A DNA stretch of 59,300 nucleotides, taken from assembly GCA_013290045.1 (NCBI GenBank), contig JABCYU010000001.1:1-59300 (forward strand), in the 5' to 3' direction. This DNA comes from Methanobacteriota archaeon. GTDB lineage: Archaea; Thermoplasmatota; Thermoplasmata; Lutacidiplasmatales; UBA184. Under the pieces are notes generated by a model, which was not told the DNA's origin, searched no databases, and saw only the letters and a program-made list of their open reading frames with translations. Every line of letters begins with the position of its first letter. The first letter of the stretch is position 1. Shown piece after piece: positions 1 to 7,976 of this stretch. A program made the translations under genes and the position numbers.

Positions 1-627
1 TCGGGGGCCGAGCTCGAGGAGCTTGTCGTTCTGGATGACGATGGTGGTGTCGCAGACGCGCCGCAGGCGCTCGAGGCCGTCACGGGCCTGCTCCATTCGC
101 GCGGCACCCTCACCCGAGAAGGGGAGCGTGACGACGCCCATCGTGAGAGCCCCGGCCTCCTTCGCGAGACGGGCGACCAGGTGGGCGGAACCGGTCCCGG
201 TCCCGCCGCCCATGCCGGCCGTCACGAAGACGATGTGCGCCCCGTTGACGAAGGCGCGCAGTTCCTCCTCGTTCTCCCGGGCCGCCTCTTCGCCGATCTC
301 CGGGCGGGCGCCGGCGCCGAGTCCCTTCGTCGCGCGTCGACCGATGAGGATCTTGCGCGGCGAGTGGACGGTCAATAGGTGCTTCGCGTCGGTGTTGATG
401 GCGCACATCTCGGCGCCTTGGATCCCCTCCTCGACGCACCGGTTGATCGTGTTCGAGCCGCCGCCGCCGCATCCGATGATGCGGATGTTGACTTTCAGCG
501 TCTCGGCCAGCTTCGCGAGTTCGGCATCGTCGGCGTTGACGTAGGCGGGGGCCGCCGGCTTCTTCTCCTCGACCAGGGACTGGTTCTCCTGGTGCTTGGC
601 GATCGCTTCCTGAATGATGGATTTCAT
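1..627 (-). CDS. ftsZ: Cell division GTPase FtsZ, N-terminal 209 codons; the 3' end runs off the left edge of the window
   Basis: Hand translation of the minus strand from the ATG at 627-625 gives MKSIIQEAIAKHQENQ...VNIRIIGCGGGGSNTINR...IVFVTAGMGGGTGTGSAHLVARLAKE...TTIVIQNDKLLELGP. The tubulin/FtsZ signature GGGTGTG is present. It is absent from the ORF track because no stop codon lies inside the window. Confidence 0.9.
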   Translation of the reverse strand, partial: MKSIIQEAIAKHQENQSLVEEKKPAAPAYVNADDAELAKLAETLKVNIRIIGCGGGGSNTINRCVEEGIQGAEMCAINTDAKHLLTVHSPRKILIGRRATKGLGAGARPEIGEEAARENEEELRAFVNGAHIVFVTAGMGGGTGTGSAHLVARLAKEAGALTMGVVTLPFSGEGAARMEQARDGLERLRRVCDTTIVIQNDKLLELGPR

Positions 628-1154
628 CGTTCCGTTCTCCGCCCTGTTTGTCAGACGAGCGTCATACGCTCTGTCTTGACGATTTTGGCGATTTGTACAT
701 AAACGTTTGGTTGGAGAGGTGCTCCGACACTACCGAGACCCGACGGCGTTGTGCGGGGACCGCCAACCGACGCGATCGGCCCGGTTCCCGACTCAGCCAA
801 GCAGGATCCGGGCCGCGGGTCGGTGAGCCGGTGAGGTCCGTGCCGGTCCGTCCTGGGCCAGTGGCTCGGCCGACGCGGATCCCAGGGAATCCGGCGCCTC
901 GGGCGGACGTGCCGATCGACCCTGCTGGGAAACCTGAGCCACCTCGCGAATCCACGACGCGCCGGGGCGTCGGCTGAGGCTCCAGGAGGTGCACGCCAAC
1001 ATCGACCTGCTCGACGCCGGCGAGAAGGTCCCGGGAACGCGCGAGGGCCTCCGCCGGGTTCAGGGGGTTTTCGAAAAGCAGGAAGAAGGGTCTGTCCGTT
1101 CGGCGGGTCGTGGGGTCCGCCGCCGCTCGCACCGGCGAGCGGCGGTCGGTGGGG

Positions 1155-1316
1155 TTACGCCGATACGCCTTCGATGCTCCGACGGAAGAGCCGGGAGAGC
1201 GGATTGACGTAGTCGTTCGAGTCGTGGGCGGGAGCCTGCCCGATCGAGGGGTCGGTATCGGAGAGCCATACGACCTGTTCGTTTTCGTTAGACGACCGTT
1301 CGAATCTCGCTGCCAT
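1155..1316 (-). CDS. Hypothetical small protein, 53 aa
   Basis: Minus-strand ATG at 1316 and TAA at 1155 give MAARFERSSNENEQVVWLSDTDPSIGQAPAHDSNDYVNPLSRLFRRSIEGVSA. A TATA-like ATATAC lies 33-38 nt upstream and is overlapped by a perfect palindrome. About 40 of 53 third positions are G/C by hand count, lower than in neighbouring genes. No family recognised. Confidence 0.35.
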   Translation of the reverse strand: MAARFERSSNENEQVVWLSDTDPSIGQAPAHDSNDYVNPLSRLFRRSIEGVSA

Positions 1317-1350
1317 GATTTCTGTTCCTGGCCCCCGGGGGGAGCAGTGT

Positions 1351-1372
1351 ATATGCGCATTGATGCGCATAT
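1351..1372. promoter_or_regulatory. Perfect 22-bp palindrome ATATGCGCAT-TG-ATGCGCATAT, made of two self-complementary ATGCGCAT boxes 10 bp apart; candidate operator over a TATA-like element
   Basis: Read directly: 1351-1360 ATATGCGCAT, 1363-1372 ATGCGCATAT, exact reverse complements. The minus-strand ATATAC (1349-1354) overlaps the left arm and lies upstream of the small ORF starting at 1316. Confidence 0.5.
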
Positions 1373-1653
1373 CAAGCCTTCGCGACGTTCTCCGGAGACG
1401 CCCGTCGCGAGAATTGCGCGATATCCCGGCGGTGTCTCCTCGAACGTCCCGATCGGTGGCCGCCGAACGACGCCTTCTTCCCGGCCCTTTCGAGGGCCCG
1501 TTCCGGTTCGCTCGCGCTCGTCGCAGCAGGTGGCACGCGCCGTCGAGCCGCGGACCAGGTGACCGGGCGGTAACGCAGCGAGCCTTTGGTCCCGGGGTGG
1601 GGCGTCGCCTCAGGTTTCGCGCGCGGACCTTCGACGGGAGATCCCGGGGAAGG

Positions 1654-2052
1654 TCACGCGCCGGCGGAGCGTTTCATTTCCCGTAGCAGTTCCTCGACCA
1701 GCGCCCAGGACGGCTCGCCCGTCCGATTCCATTGAAGGCAGTTCCGCATCACCTTGAACCCGGCCGTTTCCAGTCGCGTCCGGAATCCGTCCAGGAAGTA
1801 GTAGTCCGCCGGGTTGGTGAGGTGTAGCGAGAGTCCGGCCTTGCGGAACGCGGGCAGCACGAGCACGTAGCGCGGGTCGATGGGGCTGCCCTTCGCCGCC
1901 GGGGCAGGAGCCGGGTCCCTCGCGATCCTCCATCCGTTCATCCCGTAACGTTCGTCGGGCACCGCATTCGGAAAGACGCGGAAGACGATCGTTTCCAGGG
2001 CGGCTCGGATGAGGTCCTGGGACGATCTGGGGTCGGCGGTTCGCTCGGCCAT
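1654..2052 (-). CDS. DUF1801-like (YdhG-like) domain protein
   Basis: 132-aa ORF from the track. The stretches ERYGMNGWRI...YVLVLPAFRKAGLSLHL...FKVMRNCLQWNRTGEPSWALVEELLRE match the DUF1801 layout as I remember it. Confidence 0.6.
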   Translation of the reverse strand: MAERTADPRSSQDLIRAALETIVFRVFPNAVPDERYGMNGWRIARDPAPAPAAKGSPIDPRYVLVLPAFRKAGLSLHLTNPADYYFLDGFRTRLETAGFKVMRNCLQWNRTGEPSWALVEELLREMKRSAGA

Positions 2053-2171
2053 CGGGCGTCGCGGGGGGGAAAGGGCAGCCCCGTAAATCGGGAGCGAACC
2101 GAGGCTCCGGGGACCGGGGCCCGTGTGCCAAGGACGTTGATCGCGGTGCGCGGCGCGGCGCCCACCCCGAG

Positions 2172-2180
2172 GGTTTAAGG
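2172..2180 (+). promoter_or_regulatory. TATA-like box GGTTTAAGG upstream of the PolD large subunit gene
   Basis: An A/T island in GC-rich DNA centred about 28 nt upstream of the GTG at 2204. This spacing fits a leaderless archaeal transcript. Confidence 0.4.
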
Positions 2181-2203
2181 AACGGGAGGGGACTGGGCGG
2201 GCC

Positions 2204-5200
2204 GTGGAGGAGTATTTCCGGTCGCTCGAGGCCGATGTCGGCCTCGCCTACGATGCGGCCGAACGGGCCCGTCGACAGGGCCTGGACCCGGAGACCCACA
2301 CGGAGATCCCTCGGGCCCAGGACATGGCGATGCGGGTGGAGAAGCTCCTCCAGCACCTTCAGATCGACGGAATCTCGACGACGATCCGCGACCTGTGCAA
2401 GACGATGCCGCGCGAAGAGGTCGCGCTGACGATCGCCCGGCAGCTCGCCCGGGATGAGGCCCGGGGAGGAACGCTCGAGCAGCGGCTCGATGCGGCGCTG
2501 CGCGTCGGCCTGGCGATCCTCACCGAAGGGATACTGGTCGCCCCCCTCGAGGGGCTGGCCGAGGTGCACATCCGCGAAGGCCGGCGCGGCGGTTCGTACG
2601 TGGAGTTGTACTATGCCGGGCCCATCCGAGCCGCCGGAGGGACGGCCCAGGCCCTCTCGGTCCTGCTGGCGGACCTCGTCCGGCGGGACCTGGGGTTGGG
2701 GGCGTACCACCCCGACTCCGATGAGGTCGGCCGATACCAGGAAGAGATCCCGCTGTACAAGCACCTCCAGCACCTGCAGTACGTCCCTAGCGCGGAGGAG
2801 ATCGCGACGGTCACCCGGAACGTCCCCGTCTGCATCTCGGGGGAATCGACGGAAGGGGATGCCGAGGTGAGCGCCTTCCGAAACCTCCCGAGGGTATCGA
2901 CGAACGGCATCCGAGGCGGAGCCTGCCTCGTGATCGCCGAGGGGCTCTGCCAGAAATCCGCGAAGCTCCGCAAGGTCGTCGAGAAGCTCGGAGTGCCCGG
3001 ATGGGAGTTCCTCGCCGCGCTCGGCCGTCAGAAGACCGACGATTCGGACGGGGGGCACGGACCGAAGTACCTCGCCGAGGCGCTCGGAGGACGACCGATC
3101 CTCGGCTACCCCCACCGCGCCGGGGGGTTCCGGCTCACCTACGGCCGGGCCCGCACCGCCGGGCTCGCCGCCTGCGCCGTGAACCCGGCGACAATGGTCC
3201 TCCTCCGGCGATTCGTCGCCGTCGGGACCCAGGTCAAGCTCGAGTTTCCCGGCAAGGCCGCCGCGATGGGCCTCTGCGACACGATCGAGGGTCCGATCGT
3301 CGAGCTCACCGACGGTACGCTCACCGCCGTCCACGATCCGTCGACCGCCGAGTCGTTGCTCCCGGAGGTCCAGCGGATCATCGATCTCGGAGCGCTGCTC
3401 GTTCCGTTCGGCGAGTTCCTGGAGAACAACCGGGCCCTCTCGCCGGGCGCCTACACGGTCGACTGGCACCTCGAGGAGCTCCGGGCGCTCGGCGTCCCGT
3501 TGGACCACGCGGCGAGGTCCCCGACCTACGAGGAGGCGGTGGAGGTGAGCCGCCGCTGGGGCGTACCGCTCCACCCCCGATTCCTCCTCTTCTGGCACGA
3601 CCTCGGAACTCAGGAGATCTGCGAGCTCTCGGAATGGATCCTCGAGAACGGACACGTCGGGGGCCGGGGAGTGGAGCTTCCCTGGGTTCCGGGGCCCCGG
3701 GAGCTCCTGGTGCGCCTCGGGTTCCTCCACCGGCGGGATCCGACGGGGGGGCTCGTGGGAGACGCCGAGATGACCGCGGCGCTCCTCGGTGGCCTGGGCC
3801 TCCGCGTGATCGATGGGGAGGTGTACCGGCGCGTCCCGCTGGAACCGATCGAGGCGTCGAGCTTGGCGCTGGTGAGCCGGCTCTCCGGAACCCTCGTCCG
3901 AGCGCGGGCGCCGACTAGGATCGGCGCGCGGGTCGGCCGTCCGGAGAAGGCCCGTCAGCGGAAGATGAGCCCGAACGTCCACGTGCTCCTGCCGCTCGGC
4001 GAGGCCGGAGGGCCCCACCGGTCGATCGCCGAGGCCGCGCGTCGCGCCCCCGCCGAGGGGGTCCGGGTACAGCTCGGCCATCGACAGTGCCCGAGCTGCG
4101 GGAAAGCGAGCGCCTGGCTACGCTGTGCCTGCGGCCACCATACCGAGCCGACGGGGGAGGTGGCCGCCGAATTGCTCCCGATCGCGCCGCTGTGGACCGA
4201 CGCGCTCCACCGGCTCCACCTTCGCACCGTTCCGGAAGTGAAAGGGGTGAAGGGGCTGACCTCGCCGGGCAAGGTGCCGGAGATGATCGAGAAGGGGATC
4301 CTCCGGGCCTCGCACGGCATCTCCGTCTACCAGGACGGGACGGCGCGCTTCGATCTCACCGACCTGCCCCTCACGCACTTCCGGCCTCGGGAGATCCAGC
4401 TCTCGGTCGATCGGGCCCGGTCGATGGGGTACGCCTCGGACTGGTCGGGCGGGCCGCTCACCGACCCCGAGCAGCTCGTCGAGCTGAAGCCTCAGGACCT
4501 GATCGTCTCGCGTTCGTGCGGGAAGTACCTCCTGCACCTGGCGCAGTTCGTCGACGATGAGCTCGTCCGTCTGTACAACGTCGAGCCATTCTACCGGGCC
4601 GGAAAGATCGACGACCTCCTCGGATCGATCGTCGTCGCGCTCGCCCCCCACACCTCCGGAGGGGTCGCGGGGCGGATCATCGGGTTCACCGATGCCGAGG
4701 CGTGCTTCGCGCACCCGGTGTTCCACGCGGCGAAGCGGCGCAACTGCGACGGGGACGAGGACTCGGTGACCCTACTGATGGATGCGCTCCTGAACTTCTC
4801 GCGTTCCTACCTGCCCGAGAGCCGCGGGGCGTTGATGGACAAGCCCCTCGTGCTGACGACCCGGCTCAATGGGACCGAGGTCGACAAGGAGGCGCACAAC
4901 CTGGACGTCGTGGCGCGCTACCCGCTCGCGCTCTACCGGGCGGCCGAGGAAGGACGTCCGGCGAAGGACGTCGAGCCGCTGATCGAGACCCTCGGCCGGC
5001 GTTTGGACGGTCCGGATCCCCTCTGCGGGCTCGGGTTCACGCACGACACGAGCGACATCGCCGGCGGCCCGGTCTACTCGGCGCACCGAGAGGCCGGCTC
5101 CATGGCCCGGATCGTGGAGCAGTCGCTCACCCTGACCGTGCAGATCCGCGCCGTCGACGTCGCCGACGCGGTGAGCCTGGTCCTCAACTCCCACTTCCTC

Positions 5201-5569
5201 CCCGATCTCATGGGGAATCTCAAGAGCTACGCGACCCAGAAGTTCCGCTGCAAGGTCTGCGGGGAGTCGTTCCGCCGCCCGCCGCTTTCGGGGCATTGCA
5301 CCGCGCCGAAGGGGAACGGCCGGTGCGACGGAGAACTCCTGCCGACCGTCTACGAGGGGGCGGTGAAGAAGTACCTCGGGCTTTCCCGACGGCTCGCGGA
5401 GACCGGCGGCGTGACCCCGTACATCCGCCAGCGGATCGCGCTGCTGGAGTCGTCGCTCGCGACGTTGTTCCCCGGCAGCCTCGCCCAGACGACGCTGGAA
5501 CTCTATGGGCCGGGAACCGCCCCGACGCGGGCCAACGCGGATGGCGGCGTCCACACAACCCCCAAATAG
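2204..5569 (+). CDS. polC: DNA polymerase II (PolD) large subunit DP2
   Basis: 1121-aa ORF with a GTG start. The N-terminus MEEYFRSLEADVGLAYDAAERARRQGLDP and the cysteine clusters (CPSCGK...CACGH; CKVCGESFRRPPLSGHCTAPKGNGRCDGEL) are typical of archaeal DP2. Confidence 0.93.
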   Translation: MEEYFRSLEADVGLAYDAAERARRQGLDPETHTEIPRAQDMAMRVEKLLQHLQIDGISTTIRDLCKTMPREEVALTIARQLARDEARGGTLEQRLDAALRVGLAILTEGILVAPLEGLAEVHIREGRRGGSYVELYYAGPIRAAGGTAQALSVLLADLVRRDLGLGAYHPDSDEVGRYQEEIPLYKHLQHLQYVPSAEEIATVTRNVPVCISGESTEGDAEVSAFRNLPRVSTNGIRGGACLVIAEGLCQKSAKLRKVVEKLGVPGWEFLAALGRQKTDDSDGGHGPKYLAEALGGRPILGYPHRAGGFRLTYGRARTAGLAACAVNPATMVLLRRFVAVGTQVKLEFPGKAAAMGLCDTIEGPIVELTDGTLTAVHDPSTAESLLPEVQRIIDLGALLVPFGEFLENNRALSPGAYTVDWHLEELRALGVPLDHAARSPTYEEAVEVSRRWGVPLHPRFLLFWHDLGTQEICELSEWILENGHVGGRGVELPWVPGPRELLVRLGFLHRRDPTGGLVGDAEMTAALLGGLGLRVIDGEVYRRVPLEPIEASSLALVSRLSGTLVRARAPTRIGARVGRPEKARQRKMSPNVHVLLPLGEAGGPHRSIAEAARRAPAEGVRVQLGHRQCPSCGKASAWLRCACGHHTEPTGEVAAELLPIAPLWTDALHRLHLRTVPEVKGVKGLTSPGKVPEMIEKGILRASHGISVYQDGTARFDLTDLPLTHFRPREIQLSVDRARSMGYASDWSGGPLTDPEQLVELKPQDLIVSRSCGKYLLHLAQFVDDELVRLYNVEPFYRAGKIDDLLGSIVVALAPHTSGGVAGRIIGFTDAEACFAHPVFHAAKRRNCDGDEDSVTLLMDALLNFSRSYLPESRGALMDKPLVLTTRLNGTEVDKEAHNLDVVARYPLALYRAAEEGRPAKDVEPLIETLGRRLDGPDPLCGLGFTHDTSDIAGGPVYSAHREAGSMARIVEQSLTLTVQIRAVDVADAVSLVLNSHFLPDLMGNLKSYATQKFRCKVCGESFRRPPLSGHCTAPKGNGRCDGELLPTVYEGAVKKYLGLSRRLAETGGVTPYIRQRIALLESSLATLFPGSLAQTTLELYGPGTAPTRANADGGVHTTPK

Positions 5570-5593
5570 CCCGGGCGGGGTGGAGCCGATCGC

Positions 5594-5694
5594 GGGCTTG
5601 TAGGGTAGTCTGGACTATCCTTTTGGCCTTCGAAGCCAAAGACCGGGGTTCGAATCGTCCGGCGGAGCCGGGCGCGAAACTCCCCGCAAGCCCG
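5594..5694 (+). tRNA. tRNA-Arg (anticodon UCG) with a 26-nt intron in the T loop at position 59/60
   Basis: Cloverleaf read by hand. Acceptor GGGCTTG/CAAGCCC has 7 Watson-Crick pairs. D arm is GGGT-AGTCTGGACT-ATCC. Anticodon arm is TTGGC-CTTCGAA-GCCAA. T stem is CGGGG (5644-5648)/CCCCG (5682-5686). Discriminator is G and no CCA is encoded. T loop TTCGAA..T is interrupted by 5655-5680. Two nt sit between the D and anticodon stems, so exact numbering needs tRNAscan-SE. Confidence 0.85.
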
Positions 5695-5725
5695 TCAACC
5701 GGCCCGGGCCGGGATGCCCGGGGGC

Positions 5726-6034
5726 CTAGCGGAAGTATCCGGCCGAGGCCGTCGTGTCGGCGCGCTTCTCCTCTTCCGGTTTCGCGGCGTCCAGGACGTC
5801 GAGCGAGAGGAGCGCGTTGAGCGGGATCAGCCGGATCCGGCCCTTCTCCTCCTTCACGGTGTCGTCGAGCTCGAGGGCGAGCGAGTTGTCCCCCCCGACC
5901 GAGACGAGTCCCCGGAACGTGCCGTTCGAGACGAGCGCCTCGTCCTCGCTGGAGGCGGAGCGGACGCGGACCTTCGATCCGGCGGTCAGGACGATCGACG
6001 GCTTCTTCGAGGAGGACGCCGGCTCCGGCGTCAT
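5726..6034 (-). CDS. Hypothetical small protein, 102 aa, coupled to the upstream wHTH gene
   Basis: This is the in-frame 3' part of track ORF 5726..6565. The ATG at 6034 overlaps the stop of the upstream gene (ATGA). Translation: MTPEPASSSKKPSIVLTAGSKVRVRSASSEDEALVSNGTFRGLVSVGGDNSLALELDDTVKEEKGRIRLIPLNALLSLDVL... Confidence 0.6.
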   Translation of the reverse strand: MTPEPASSSKKPSIVLTAGSKVRVRSASSEDEALVSNGTFRGLVSVGGDNSLALELDDTVKEEKGRIRLIPLNALLSLDVLDAAKPEEEKRADTTASAGYFR

Positions 6035-6549
6035 CGCGCCGTCCCCTTCTCGCGCCCGGCCGCCTTCGTCGCCGCGCCCTTCTGCACGATCTCCGATTGG
6101 GCCTTCTCGATGAGCGTCTGCAAGTGATTCACCGTCTCCCGGTACCGGCGGAGCGCGTTCTGGGCGTTCGCCTCGGTGAAGTCCCACGCGCGGGCCAGGT
6201 TGCCGTATCGCAACCGGTACCCCTTGCGTCCCTTCCCGTCGGCGGACCCCCCGACCTCCTCCAGCAGGTCGAGGGACTTCAGCTTGTTGATGTGGCGGTA
6301 GACCGTCGGCTTCGAGGTCTTCAGCACCGCGACGAGCTCCTCGGCGTACCACGCCCGGCTCGGGTCCTTGAGCAGGCAGTCGCGCACGAGTCGGAAGGCG
6401 AGGCTCTGTTCGACCGGCCCCTCCCCGCCCCGGCCGTCCTCCCCCTCCGGCAGGTACCCGACGAGCCGCAGGAACTCCATCAGGACCTCGTCGAGGTCCG
6501 GTATCGGAGTGAGCGGGGTCGAGTACTTCAGTGAAAGTTCGAACGGCAT
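6031..6549 (-). CDS. Winged helix-turn-helix transcriptional regulator (ArsR/TrmB-like)
   Basis: 172-aa ORF. The stretch WYAEELVAVLKTSKPTVYRHINKLKSLDLLEEV...KGYRL is a typical wHTH recognition helix plus wing. Confidence 0.75.
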   Translation of the reverse strand: MPFELSLKYSTPLTPIPDLDEVLMEFLRLVGYLPEGEDGRGGEGPVEQSLAFRLVRDCLLKDPSRAWYAEELVAVLKTSKPTVYRHINKLKSLDLLEEVGGSADGKGRKGYRLRYGNLARAWDFTEANAQNALRRYRETVNHLQTLIEKAQSEIVQKGAATKAAGREKGTAR

Positions 6550-6577
6550 TGAGCGGACCCGGCACGTGTCCCCGGTC

Positions 6578-6584
6578 TAAAAAG
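6578..6584 (-). promoter_or_regulatory. TATA-like box (minus-strand CTTTTTA) upstream of the wHTH gene
   Basis: The only A/T run in the 6550-6627 spacer, 29-35 nt upstream of the ATG at 6549. It may also serve the divergent molybdo-hydroxylase operon. Confidence 0.4.
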
Positions 6585-6627
6585 GCCGGGGGCTCCGGGC
6601 GCCCATCGCCGGGCGAAATGATTAGAC

Positions 6628-7506
6628 GTGGGGTTCCGTGCGAGGCCGATGGGCTTCACGCTCGTGGCTCCCGACCAGCCCAAGGAGGCGTGCGCGCTGT
6701 TGGCGCGCTCCGCCCCCGGTGAGATCTCGGTCCTGGCCGGGGGGACGGACGTGCTCCCCGACGTCGAGGCCGGTCGCGTCCGACCCTCTCGCCTGCTCTC
6801 GCTCCGTCGGCTCCCGTGGCGGACGCTCGGCTGGAACGGCGGGTCGTTGACGATCGGCAGCACCCTGCCCCTCCGGGAGATCGAGGCAGATCCGGGCGTC
6901 CGGGAGCGGATCCCCGGATTGGCCCAAGCGGTCCACGCCGTCGGGAGCCTCGCGTTAAGGCACCGGGCGACGCTCGGGGGCAACCTGGGCCGGGCGGCGC
7001 CGACCTCCGATCTGCTACCGATCCTGCTGACGCTCGATGCCGTCGTGAACCTGGTGGGGGTCGACGCGAGCCGCTCGGTCCCGGTCGATCAGTTCGTCGT
7101 CGCGTCGCGCTCGACGACGCTCCGTCCCGGCGAGCTCATCGCCTCGATCACGATCCCCGAGGCACGCCCTTCCCAGTACGTCTGGCAACGGGTGCGGCCC
7201 TCGAACGACATCTCCCAGGTGGGCGTCGCGGCCGCCCGGGCCTCCCGGCCTCCCTACTGGCGGATTGCCCTCGGCGGGGTTGTGCCGAGGTCGATCCGGT
7301 TGGAGGGGGCGGAGCGGCTGCTCCCCGCGGTACGACCGCTGGTCTCTGAGCTGGAGGCGGCGGCCGCTCTGGCGGCCCGCCTGGCCCCGTTCGCCACCGA
7401 CAAGCGGGCGAGCGAGGCGTATCGACGCCAGCTGGTCGGCATCCTCGTACGTCGGGCCGTCGCGTCGATCTCCCCGCCGATCGTGCCGCCGGTGGGAGTC
7501 GCGTGA
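6628..7506 (+). CDS. Xanthine dehydrogenase/CO dehydrogenase family, FAD-binding medium subunit (CoxM-like)
   Basis: 292-aa ORF. The stretches VLAGGTDVLPDV...ATLGGNLG...YRRQL fit the FAD-binding subunit pattern. The start is either the GTG at 6628 or the ATG at 6649. Confidence 0.85.
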   Translation: MGFRARPMGFTLVAPDQPKEACALLARSAPGEISVLAGGTDVLPDVEAGRVRPSRLLSLRRLPWRTLGWNGGSLTIGSTLPLREIEADPGVRERIPGLAQAVHAVGSLALRHRATLGGNLGRAAPTSDLLPILLTLDAVVNLVGVDASRSVPVDQFVVASRSTTLRPGELIASITIPEARPSQYVWQRVRPSNDISQVGVAAARASRPPYWRIALGGVVPRSIRLEGAERLLPAVRPLVSELEAAAALAARLAPFATDKRASEAYRRQLVGILVRRAVASISPPIVPPVGVA

Positions 7507-7976
7507 TGGGGGACTCCGAACTCGTCGTGAACGGTCGAGCGACGGCGCTCGCCTCGGTCCCGGAGGACGAACGGCTGCTCGACACGCTCCGGTGGCGACT
7601 CGGCCTTCGGGGAACCAAGGAGGGCTGTCGAAGCGGCGACTGCGGCGCGTGCGTGGTCCTCGTCGACGGGCGCAGCACGCTCTCGTGCCTGACCCTCACG
7701 CACGAGCTCCCCGGGGCTTCGGTGACGACGATCGAATCGATCTCCGAAGACCCGGTGGGGCGGGTCGTGCAGGACGCCTTCGTGGCCGAGGGCGCCGTCC
7801 AATGCGGCTACTGCACCCCGGGGTTCGTCGTCGCGCTGACCGGCCTGCTGAAGGAGCTCCCGCCCTCGGCGCCGCTCCCCGAGCTGCTGGACGAGATGCA
7901 GGGGAACCTGTGCCGGTGCACGGGCTACGGATCGATCGTTCGCGCCATCGTCCGCGCCCGGGAGGCGACCCGATGA
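7503..7976 (+). CDS. (2Fe-2S)-binding small subunit of a molybdo-hydroxylase (CoxS-like)
   Basis: 157 aa with GCRSGDCGACVVLVDG...CGYCTPGF...NLCRCTGY. The start overlaps the upstream stop. Confidence 0.9.
   Translation: MMGDSELVVNGRATALASVPEDERLLDTLRWRLGLRGTKEGCRSGDCGACVVLVDGRSTLSCLTLTHELPGASVTTIESISEDPVGRVVQDAFVAEGAVQCGYCTPGFVVALTGLLKELPPSAPLPELLDEMQGNLCRCTGYGSIVRAIVRAREATR

Noticed and set aside
720-1150. SRP (7S) RNA or RNase P RNA in the non-coding stretch next to ftsZ
   Set aside because: No GAGGAAAGTCC-type RNase P CR-I element is present. The GGGAAACC...GAGCC element only loosely resembles the SRP helix 8 GNAR loop/AGCA motif. No long 5'/3' terminal helix was found by eye. Not supportable without a covariance-model scan.
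1298-1306. T-loop-like GTTCGAATC suggesting a second tRNA
   Set aside because: The flanks cannot form a T stem or an acceptor stem, and the motif lies inside (antisense to) the 53-codon ORF.
1610-4081. 823-aa minus-strand ORF opposite the PolD large subunit gene
   Set aside because: Arg/Gly/Pro/Glu-rich low-complexity translation, fully antisense to a well-supported 1121-aa gene. This is the typical shadow ORF of very GC-rich DNA.
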